Positions 1-7,266 of a stretch of DNA of 12,982 bases are shown here, piece by piece (within the stretch, counting starts at the first letter, position 1; each line of letters begins with the position of its first letter). Origin of the DNA: Octopus sinensis (taxonomy: Eukaryota). The notes under the pieces are model-generated. The model ran no database searches. It saw nothing but the letters and a program-made list of their open reading frames with translations, and was not told where the DNA came from. The stretch lies in the NCBI RefSeq assembly GCF_006345805.1, contig NW_021826306.1, positions 1 through 12,982 of the forward strand, given 5' to 3'. A program made the position numbers and the translations under genes.

Positions 1-75
1 CTAACGTAATGTTGACTTTTCAAATATAATTCTAAAACTACTTGTGAAAATACCAAAATTACAGAAATTGATGAA

Positions 76-174
76 AGCATGGCACCCTGAGCAAGTGTCT
101 TCTATTATAGCTTCAGACTGACCAAAGCCTTGTGAGTATATTTGGTAGATGGAAACTGAAGGAAGATTATTGTA
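76..174 (+). mobile_element. SINE family A, 5'-truncated left half
   Basis: gcatggcacc-gagcaagtgtcttcta...gccttgtgagt...tttggtagatggaaactgaaggaag matches the left half of the full copies (e.g. 1485-1650) and runs into (TA)n. Confidence 0.85.
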
Positions 175-222
175 TATATATTATATAATATATATATATA
201 TTATATATATATTATATATCTA

Positions 223-416
223 TACCATCATCACCATCATCGTTTAACGTCCACTTTCCATGCTGGCATGGGTTGGACGGTTCGACCGGGGATCTGGGAA
301 GCCAGAAGGCTGCACCAGGCTCCGGTCTTATCTGGCAATGTTTCTACAGCTGGATGCCCTTCCTAATGCCAACCACTCCGTGAGTGTAGTGGGTGATTTT
401 TACGTGCCACCTGCAC
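223..416 (-). mobile_element. Family B retroelement 3' part with (GAT)n tail (RTE-like SINE/LINE end), copy 1
   Basis: Reverse complement of 2650-2838 (ggtggcacgtaaaa...ttaggaagggcatccagctgtagaaac...ggacgttaaacgatgatg); sits in a (TA)n tract. Confidence 0.85.
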
Positions 417-506
417 TATATATATATATATTATATATATATATATACCATATCATATATATATATATATATTATATATATATATATATATATACTATAT
501 ATACAT

Positions 507-590
<84 letters not shown>
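417..590. repeat. (TA)n microsatellite, interrupted
   Basis: Direct reading of the sequence. Confidence 0.97.
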
Positions 591-592
<2 letters not shown>

Positions 593-840
593 CCATCATC
601 ACCATCATCGTTTAACGTCCACTTTCCATGCTGGCATGGGTTGGACGGTTTGACTGAGGCTTGGTAAGCCAGAAGGCTGCACCAGGCTCCAATCTGATCT
701 GGCAAAGTTTCTACAGCTGAATGCCCTTCCTAATGCCAACCACTCCGAAAGTGCAGTGGGTGCTTTTGTGTGCCACCGGTATGAGTGCCAGTCTGGTGGT
801 ACTGGCAACGGCCACACTCAAATGGTGCTTTTTACATGTC
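591..840 (-). mobile_element. Family B copy 2 (core plus one upstream hairpin unit)
   Basis: Same core as 223-416, plus an extra unit gccagtctggtggtactggc...ggccacactcaaatggtgc homologous to the 5' tandem units at 2398-2660. Confidence 0.85.
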
Positions 841-850
841 ACGTATGTAC

Positions 851-1036
851 TTGTGTGTCTGTGTTTGTCACCCCCACCATCGCTTGACACCTATGTGTCC
901 CTGTAACTTAGCAGTTCAGCAAAAGTGTCCGATAGAATAAATGCTAAGCTTACAAAGAATAAGTCCTGGGGTCGATTTGTGCGAGTAAAGGCAGTGTCCA
1001 GCATGGCCACAGTCAAATGACTGAAACAAGTAAAAT
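851..1036 (+). mobile_element. SINE family A right half (partner of 76-174)
   Basis: tgtgtttgtc-cccc...acttagcagttcagcaaaag...gatagaata...ggggtcgattt...cagcatggccacagtcaaatgactgaaacaagtaaaa matches the right half of the full copies. Confidence 0.85.
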
Positions 1037-1232
1037 AATATATATTTAGGGAATGTTAATCCTGGTGACCACTGGCCATTAGGGCCCCACGAAACATGTG
1101 TAAAGCTAAGCGCCTTATGGACATGAAACCCTGGGTAACCCTATGAACTGCCCATAACATTCTCTAAGTACCCTACTGTTCTATAATTTAGGGTGTGCTT
1201 CTCTTTTGGATTTATAATTTTCTGATGATATA

Positions 1233-1287
1233 TGTGTGTGTGTCTGTGTGTGTGTGTGTGTCTGTGTGTGTGTCTGTCTGTGTGTGT
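1233..1287. repeat. (GT)n/(GTCT) microsatellite
   Basis: Direct reading. Confidence 0.95.
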
Positions 1288-1484
1288 ATTATATATCAAA
1301 ACAAAGAGAGATTAATGAGGGATAGTAATCCAGACAAAATAATCTTTAAGCTCTTTGTAGATAAGAATACACTAGGCTAACAAGAAAGTCTTGTGATTGG
1401 TTATGTATTTCGAATAATCTGAAGTCAAAAACTAAAGTTGAAGTCCATCCTCAGTCCAATTTGCCAATAATAAATAATTAGATA

Positions 1485-1647
1485 GGCGCAGGAGTGACTG
1501 TGTGGTAAGTACCTTGCTAACCAACCACATGGTTCCGGGTTCAGTCCCACTGCATGGCATCTTGGGCAAGTGTCTTCTGCTATAGCCCCGGACCGACCAA
1601 TGCCTTGTGAGTGGATTTGGTAGACGGAAACTGAAAGAAGCCTGTCG

Positions 1648-1685
<38 letters not shown>

Positions 1686-1890
1686 GTTTGGTTTGTGTGT
1701 CTGTGTTTGTCCCCCTAGCATTGCTGGTGTGTTTATGTCCCCGTCACTTAGCGGTTCGGCAAAAAGGACCGATAGAATAAGTACTGGGCTTACAAAAGAA
1801 TAAGTCCCGGGGTCGAGTTGCTCGATTAAAGGCGGTGCTCCAGCATGGCAGCAGTCAAATGACTGAAACAAGTAAAAGAGTAAAAGAGTA
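1485..1890 (+). mobile_element. SINE family A, full length (tRNA-like head, internal TA/GT tract, (TAAAAGAG)n tail)
   Basis: A-box-like tgactgtgtgg and B-box-like ggttcagtccc in the head, cttgggcaagtgtctt body, central microsatellite 1648-1684, 8-bp repeat tail; near-identical copies at 3893, 5284, 6586 and 11010. Confidence 0.92.
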
Positions 1891-1957
1891 AATTGTGCTG
1901 AAATTTTGCATGCTGAGTTTTTGCACTAAATTATAATTAGAGGGTGTCTTCAAGTTC

Positions 1958-1992
1958 TTGAAATGATAATTTATTTTGCATCACCCTAATAT
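1958..1992 (-). mobile_element. Possible solo mariner-like TIR remnant
   Basis: Reverse complement reads (ta)ttagggtgatgcaaaataaattatc, resembling mariner ends (ttaggttggtgcaaaagtaatt) next to TA; no partner TIR found. Confidence 0.3.
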
Positions 1993-1995
1993 ATA

Positions 1996-2031
<36 letters not shown>

Positions 2032-2042
2032 ATATATATAAA

Positions 2043-2246
2043 TGTGACCTCGTGTGTACCGTTGGCGATTTTTTTTCCTCTGTCTTCCCTTCTCTGGATC
2101 TTTCCTTCTCCTATGTTTCTGACGAAGAGCTCCGCTCGAAACGTTAAACCCTCCCTCTTTCCTTCTTTCCTGAGCGTCCAATAATACTATATTTGTTCCA
2201 CATCCTCGCGTCGTTGTGTTTTTTGTGCTTTCTTGTTTGGATTAAC
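2043..2246 (+). mobile_element. ~200-bp TA-flanked element with hammerhead motif (Penelope-like pLTR/retrozyme-type), E1
   Basis: Bounded by TA tracts at about 1991-2041 and 2250-2270; pyrimidine-rich strand; central CTGACGA...GAAAC motif; distant similarity to 2845-3041 on the minus strand. Confidence 0.7.
2115..2149 (+). ncRNA. Minimal type I hammerhead ribozyme motif
   Basis: gttt CTGACGA a gagc-tcc-gctc GAAA cgtt aaac: stem I gttt/aaac, CUGANGA core, stem II gagc/gctc, GAAA, palindromic loopless stem III (aacgtt). Predicted cleavage at 2145/2146. Confidence 0.75.
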
Positions 2247-2270
2247 ATGATATATATATATATACATATA

Positions 2271-2838
2271 GTCCACCTGTGCATACCTTCCTTCTTGTGA
2301 CACTTGTGAAGACCTGTTGAGGCAAGTGAAAATCAAATCAAAACAAATCAAAATAGATGAACATCAATGGAATTTGTATCTTTGTGGTACCAGTGCCGGT
2401 GGCACACAAGAAAATCATCCGAACGTGGCCGTAGCCAGTACCGCATAGACTGGCCTCCGTGCTTTGGGGACGTAACAAACACCATCCGAACGTGGCCGTC
2501 CGCCATCCTCTCTGGCACCTGTGTCGGTGGCACATAAAAACACCATCAGAGCGTGGCCGTCTGCCAGCCTCGTCTGGCACCTGTGTCGGTGGCACATAAA
2601 AACAACATCCGAGCGTGGCCGTTCGCCAGCCTCGTCTGGCACCTGTGTCGGTGGCACATAAAATCACCCACTACACTCTCGGAGTGGTTGGCGTTAGGAA
2701 GGGCATCCAGCTGTAGAAACACTGCCAGATCTGACTGGCCTGGTGCAGCCTTCGGGCTCCCCAGACCCCAGTTGAACCGTCCAACTCATGCTAGCATGGA
2801 AAACGGACGCTAAATGATGATGATGATGATGATGATGA
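2271..2838 (+). mobile_element. Family B copy 3, longest, with (GAT)n tail
   Basis: Core 2650-2814 homologous to the two minus-strand copies; (GAT)n tail 2815-2838; the 5' boundary at the TA tract is inferred. Confidence 0.8.
2398..2660 (+). repeat. Tandem array of ~62-bp units inside family B
   Basis: ggtggcac-like anchors at 2398, ~2466, 2526, 2588 and 2650; last two periods are exactly 62 bp. Confidence 0.9.
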
Positions 2839-2844
2839 TATATA

Positions 2845-3041
2845 GGGGGAGAATTCACAAAAAAAACAAACGATGAAGACAGGTGGTGTAGACAACAAAC
2901 AGATGTATTAGTATAACACTCGGGAAGTGAAAAAGTTTTTAACATTTCGAGCCTATGCTCTTCCACAGAAAGGAACACAGAAAGAAACAAGGAAAGAAAA
3001 TAAAGAATGTGTAGCGGCTAGCGATCTATCATGGCGAATGG
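2845..3041 (-). mobile_element. ~200-bp TA-flanked element with variant hammerhead motif, E2
   Basis: Minus strand reads ...cttt CTGTGGA a gagc-atag-gctc GAAA tgtt aaaaac...tcccgagtgt...tttgtt...ttttgtg, the same layout as E1; TA on both sides. Confidence 0.65.
2938..2971 (-). ncRNA. Hammerhead-like motif with non-canonical core (CUGUGGA)
   Basis: Same stem II arms (gagc/gctc) as E1 with a different loop, GAAA, ttt/aaa stem I; A6 replaced by U and stem III cg changed to tg. May be inactive. Confidence 0.5.
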
Positions 3042-3051
3042 TATATATATA

Positions 3052-3101
3052 TAGTGTACATTAAAAACATAGGACACCTCTTATGTGTTTAAATGTACAC
3101 T
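3052..3101. mobile_element. Tiny Tc1-like foldback/MITE remnant
   Basis: agtgtacatt (3053-3062) and aatgtacact (3091-3100) are a perfect inverted pair, extendable with bulges; TA on both sides; the right end reads ta-cagtgtac on the minus strand. Confidence 0.45.
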
Positions 3102-3211
3102 GTATTTATATGAATAATATATTGTCTATTGTCTAGTTTTCTACATGCTAGGCCACTTGTAGTAAAGAAAAAAAAATTTCTAAAGGTTTTTCCTGCCCTG
3201 ATATTTATTAA

Positions 3212-3212
<1 letters not shown>

Positions 3213-3251
<39 letters not shown>

Positions 3252-3287
3252 TTATATATTCACATATATATATACATATCTATATAT
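3213..3287. repeat. (TA)n microsatellite
   Basis: Direct reading. Confidence 0.95.
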
Positions 3288-3337
3288 AAGGTGGTGCCCC
3301 AGCATGGGTGCTACCTAATGACTGAAACAAGTAAAAG
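3288..3337 (+). mobile_element. Family A-related 3' tail fragment
   Basis: aaggtggtgccccagcatgg...aatgactgaaacaagtaaaag matches the last ~50 bp of family A. Confidence 0.75.
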
Positions 3338-3365
3338 TTAAACGATAAAGATACACAGACACACA

Positions 3366-3430
3366 CATGTATGTATGTATGTTGTATGTATGTATGTATG
3401 TATGTATACAAGCATGCATGTATGTATATG
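3366..3430. repeat. (TATG)n microsatellite
   Basis: Direct reading. Confidence 0.9.
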
Positions 3431-3892
3431 AAATTCATTCGATATTATTCTAAATTACATTATTAAATGAATCTCATGGAATTCTAAGCAATTTTTTTTT
3501 TATTATTTAATTATATATTTCTTTATTTTTAATTTCAAACCTGCAGTTCCGCATCTTGCAAATTATCACCAGTCATTACCTGTCATCGCTAAGGTGCAAA
3601 TTAGATAATGATTTATCTGAAATTCATTGAAAAAATATATGTGTTCATAAATATACATATGTGTATATGTGTGTGTACGCATATATATATATATATCTTT
3701 TCAGTACTGACACCTCTGCATTGGTGTGAAATATCTTCAGTAGTGGTGGTCATGATGTAGAGCTGATAATTGTAGTTGCTATTGTTGTTGATGTTTTGTT
3801 GTATAGTCCTAATTAAGCAACCCTATGATCAAAGTGTTAAAACCCCAACCTTCTCATTTCTCTTCAGACAGTGTATGTAGGACATGATCTCT

Positions 3893-4306
3893 CTCTTTTT
3901 CTCTTTTACTCTTTTACTTGTTTCAGTCATTTGACTGCGGCCATGCTGGAGCACCGCCTTTAGTCGAGCAAATCGACTCCGGGACTTATTCTTTGTAAGC
4001 CCAGTACTTATTCTATCGGTCTCTTTTGCCGAACCGCTAAGTGACGGGGACGTAAACACACCAGCATCGGTTGTCAAGCAATGCTAGGGGGACAAACACA
4101 GACACACAAACATATACACACACACACATATATATATATACATATATACGACAGGGTTCTTTCAGTTTCCGTCTACCAAATCCACTCACAAGGCATTGGT
4201 CATCCTGGGGCTATAGCAGAAGACACTTGCCCAAGATGCCACGCAGTGGGACTGAACCCGGAACCATGTGGTTGTTAGCAAGCTACTTACCACAGCACTC
4301 CTACCT
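3893..4306 (-). mobile_element. SINE family A, full length
   Basis: Reverse complement of the 1485-1890 type; tail (ctcttta)-type repeats, central microsatellite, head ending cactcctacct. Confidence 0.92.
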
Positions 4307-4680
4307 ACACCAATAACGTATAATTTCATTGCTATTTCTAGCCGGTCAAATGTCCCCATAAATATCCCCTCCCTGGTTGGGGTTTTTTTTGTAGTGTTTT
4401 ATTATGATTGTTGTTGCATTCCAGTTATTCTTGTTGCTGTTGTTGTATGGTTGGTAGAGTTACACTTGATCTTGCAAGTGTGATGTGTGCTGTGTGTGCA
4501 TGTGAAGTGTGTGTGTGTGCATGTGATGTGTGTATATAAAGCCTGTGTATGTATGTACGTATGTGCAGGTGTATATAGATTTTTTTGTCATGTTGCTACC
4601 TGAACGCAAAAAACATTCATCAGGTGATTGCATCGTGCTTGAAATTGCATTAACACTGCATCACGAGGAATCTGGTTGAC

Positions 4681-4728
4681 TGTCTGTCTGCCTACCTGCC
4701 TGCCTGGCTGGCTGGCTGGCTGGTTGGC
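4681..4728. repeat. (GTCT)/(GCCT)/(GGCT) compound tetranucleotide repeat
   Basis: Direct reading. Confidence 0.9.
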
Positions 4729-5208
4729 TGTGTGAAATTCCTGCATTAATTCGGTTAATTGGTCCTTGATTTCCGAGATGGAATCGGCAATTGCTCTCCA
4801 TTATCAAATTCCACATACTGACCATTTCTTTCTTCATCTTCCTGATCACTCCTCTCCATCCACCACCATCCAACACCACCACCACCTCACCAGCAAACCC
4901 CTCTCCACCACCCTTTCTGCCCATCCTCATCATCCTCATCACTTTTTTCCCTTCCTCGCTGCTATCAGTCTTCATTGTTTTGGGGTTTTTTTTGTTTTGT
5001 TTCGGTTCCTTTTTTTGTTGTGATATTTTCTTTAGAATTATCAAAACAAATGGAACAGCAGCAGAAATGCTAAAGTGTTACACTGACTGTCTTGTGATAT
5101 ACTTAGCTATGAAGCTTTACATTCTGAGTTCAAAACCTATTGAAGTTTGGTTGACACTGACTTTTTTTTTTTAATATTTCTCTTTTTTTAAAAATATTTC
5201 TCTGCTGT

Positions 5209-5283
5209 TATATTCTGAGTCCAAATATTCCACCGAGATTGACTTTACCTTTCATCCTTTCAGGCTTGATTAAATAAGTACCA
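5209..5283 (+). mobile_element. SINE family C (Meta-like), left part, interrupted by an A copy
   Basis: ttctgagtccaaat...gattgactttacctttcatcctttcagg...aagtacca aligns to the intact copy at 7465-7550. Confidence 0.8.
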
Positions 5284-5448
5284 GGTGCAGGAGTGGCTGT
5301 GTGGTAAGTAGCTTGTCTACCAACCACATGGTTCCGGGTTCAGTCCCACTGCGTGGCACCTTGGGCAAGTGTCTTCTACTATAGCCTCGGGCCGACCAAA
5401 GCCTTGTGAGTGGATTTGGTAGATGGAAACTGAAAGAAGCCCGTTGTA

Positions 5449-5485
<37 letters not shown>

Positions 5486-5700
5486 ATGTGTGTGTGTGTG
5501 TGTTTGTCCCCCCAACATCGCTTGGTAACCGATGGTGGTGTGTTTACGTCCCCGTCACTTAGCGGTTCGGCAAAACAGACCGATAGAATAAGTACTGGGC
5601 TTACAAAGAATAAGTCCCGGGATCGAGTTGCTCGATTAAAAAGGCGGTGCTCCAGCATGGCCGCAGTCAAATGACTGAAACAAGTAAAAGAGTAAAAGAG
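5284..5700 (+). mobile_element. SINE family A, full length, nested in family C
   Basis: ggtgcaggagtggctgtgtgg head to aaaagagtaaaagag tail; its flanks join to rebuild a C element. Confidence 0.93.
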
Positions 5701-5795
5701 AGTTACGCACTGGGGTCGATGTAATCAACTTAATCCCTTTATCTGTCCTTGTTTATCCCTTCTATGTTTAGCCCCCTGTGGGCAATAAAGAAATA
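5701..5795 (+). mobile_element. SINE family C, right part
   Basis: agttacgcactggggtcgatgtaatc...tttagccccctgtgggcaataaagaaata matches 7549-7633. Confidence 0.88.
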
Positions 5796-5810
5796 TACAC
5801 TTCTCAGCTT

Positions 5811-5984
5811 GGCAGTGATGAGCTTGCAGAATCATTAGCCCACTGAACAAAATACTTAGCAACATTTTGTCCATCTATGTTCTGAGGTCAAATGCCACCA
5901 AGGTTGACTGTGCCTGTCATCCATTCAGGGTCAATAAAAGCCCCTTCTCCGAATCTGCTGACCTTATACAAAAATTTCAAACCA
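5811..5984 (+). mobile_element. Older family C relative with a different 3' end, internally deleted
   Basis: gagcttgcagaatcattagc head, gttctgaggtcaaatgccaccaaggttgactgtgcctgtcatcc body homologous to C, then ccccttctcc...aaaatttcaaacca instead of the C tail. Confidence 0.65.
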
Positions 5985-6004
5985 ATATTTCTCAGCTTGA
6001 TAAA

Positions 6005-6280
6005 ACACCATGCTCAGAGTTGCTGAAACATGGAACAAACTTCTAGCATCAGTTGTTAGTTGTCGGAGCACTGCATCCTTCAAAACTTCCATGCTTTCTG
6101 AGATTCGCCAACACTATACCTGATTTCTTCCCCTCCATACACACACAAGCATGTATCTGACTCATACACTGTTCACTTTCCAGACATTTGTACATTACTG
6201 CATACACTTTATACGCACTTTCTGACAAGTTGTGGTGCCCCTGAGCACTGTATAGAATAATCTCATTATTATATATTATT
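6005..6280 (+). mobile_element. 5'-truncated CR1/L2-group LINE 3' end
   Basis: ORF2 C-terminal remnant followed by a ~150-bp 3' UTR ending in an (ATT)n-like tail. Confidence 0.75.
6010..6123 (+). pseudogene. LINE ORF2 C-terminal fragment
   Basis: Translates to MLRVAETWNKLLASVVSCRSTASFKTSMLSEIRQHYT*, matching the RVxxxWNxLPxxVVxxxSxxxFK motif typical of CR1/L2-type ORF2 C-termini. Confidence 0.75.
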
Positions 6281-6371
6281 ACCAGTAAACTAAGATCTTG
6301 GAGGGATCTCGGTCAGTTTTGTTACTGGTTATTTGGTTGTTTGATCAATTGTGCTTCTTTTTCATTGAATT

Positions 6372-6535
6372 GGAGAGTCAGTGATAGTGTGGTTAGGGTA
6401 TTTGTTTCCCAATCCCATGATTCTGGGTTCGGTCCCACTGCAAGGTACCTCTGGCAAGTGTCTTCTACTACAGTTGACTGAGCCAACCGAAACTTTGTGA
6501 GTAGATCAAATAGAGAGAAACTGAAAGAAGCTCAC
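6372..6535 (+). mobile_element. Old, diverged family A-like left half
   Basis: tagtgtggttag...ctgggttcggtcccactgcaaggtacc...ggcaagtgtcttctacta...tttgtgagt...gaaactgaaagaagc, followed by a TACA tract. Confidence 0.7.
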
Positions 6536-6585
6536 CATATACATACAAACATACATACATGCATATATATTATGTGCTCGACCAG

Positions 6586-6795
6586 ACTCTCTCTCTCTTT
6601 TACTTGTTTCAGTCATTTGACTGCGGCCATGCTGGAGCACCACCTTTAGTCAAGCAAATCGACCCCGGGACTTATTCTTTGTAAGCCCAGTACTTATTCT
6701 ATCAGTCTCTTTTGCCGAACCGCTAAGTGACGGGGACGTAAACACACCAGCATCGGTTGTCAAGCAATGCTAGGGGAACAAACACAGACACACAA

Positions 6796-6826
<31 letters not shown>

Positions 6827-6993
6827 CATATATACGACAGGCTTCTTTCAGTTTCCGTCTACCAAATCCACTGACAAGGCATTGGTCGGCCCGAGGCTAT
6901 AGCAGAAGACACTTGCCCAAGATGCCACGCAGTGGGACTGAACCCGGAACCATGTGGTTGGTTAGCAAGCTACTTACCACACAGCCAATCCTG
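6586..6993 (-). mobile_element. SINE family A, full length
   Basis: Near-identical to 3893-4306; inserted just after the microsatellite of the old A half. Confidence 0.92.
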
Positions 6994-7074
6994 TTCCAGT
7001 CAAAATGTGCTTTGCATCATTTAGCTTTTGCATGATGCCACCCCACTGGCTAGGTAAGCAGGCCAACGTTCTCC

Positions 7075-7262
7075 TTGACTAGAAGGTTTGTCTGTTGAAG
7101 GGTTATTACACATTTACAGCTGGGTGAAGTGGGTCAATGTGAAATGAAGTATTTTTCTCAAGAACACAACATGCAGCCGTTTGATTCCCAAACATGCAGG
7201 ATTGGGAATCAACACCATAATCTCATGATCATGTGTGCAACATGTCTAATCACTAGGCCACA
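7075..7262 (-). mobile_element. Old tRNA-headed CORE-like SINE (family D)
   Basis: Minus strand: gtggcctagtgattag (A box), tgattcc (B-box-like), tgttgtgttcttgagaaaatacttcatttcac...cccagctgtaaatg (CORE-like body). Confidence 0.6.
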
Positions 7263-7266
7263 TATA

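Noticed and set aside
260-817. ORFs of 70-135 aa (MLAWVGRFDRG..., IYIY runs)
   Set aside because: Translations of family B plus (TA)n; no domain-like sequence, and the same peptides recur wherever the repeat recurs.
1045-1200. GC-richer unique stretch containing gggcccc and ggtaacc palindromes
   Set aside because: No TIR pair, ORF or second copy in the window; possibly an old DNA-transposon fragment but unsupported.
1485-1560. tRNA-like sequence with A and B boxes
   Set aside because: The T-loop is non-canonical (gttcagtcc), there is no convincing cloverleaf, and it continues into the SINE body in every copy; it is a SINE head, not a tRNA gene.
2560-2660. HDV-like ribozyme fold in the 62-bp unit (cca-gcctcgtc-tgg resembles P3/L3)
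   Set aside because: I could not build a convincing P1, P1.1, P2 and J4/2 by eye; retained only as a test under the hairpin-module finding.
3884-3895. catgatctct flanks the tails of two A copies (here and at about 11005)
   Set aside because: Half of the match is tail-like sequence; the remaining 5 bp in two of many copies is compatible with chance.
4071-4316. Recurring peptide MLGGQTQTH...EDTCPRCHAVGLNPEPCGW in several ORFs (also at 1425, 5317, 6757 and 11207)
   Set aside because: Antisense reading of SINE A across its microsatellite; the recurrence reflects repeat copies, not a gene family.
5115-5165. Possible additional family C remnant (acattctgagttcaaa)
   Set aside because: Only about 15 bp match convincingly; too short to call.
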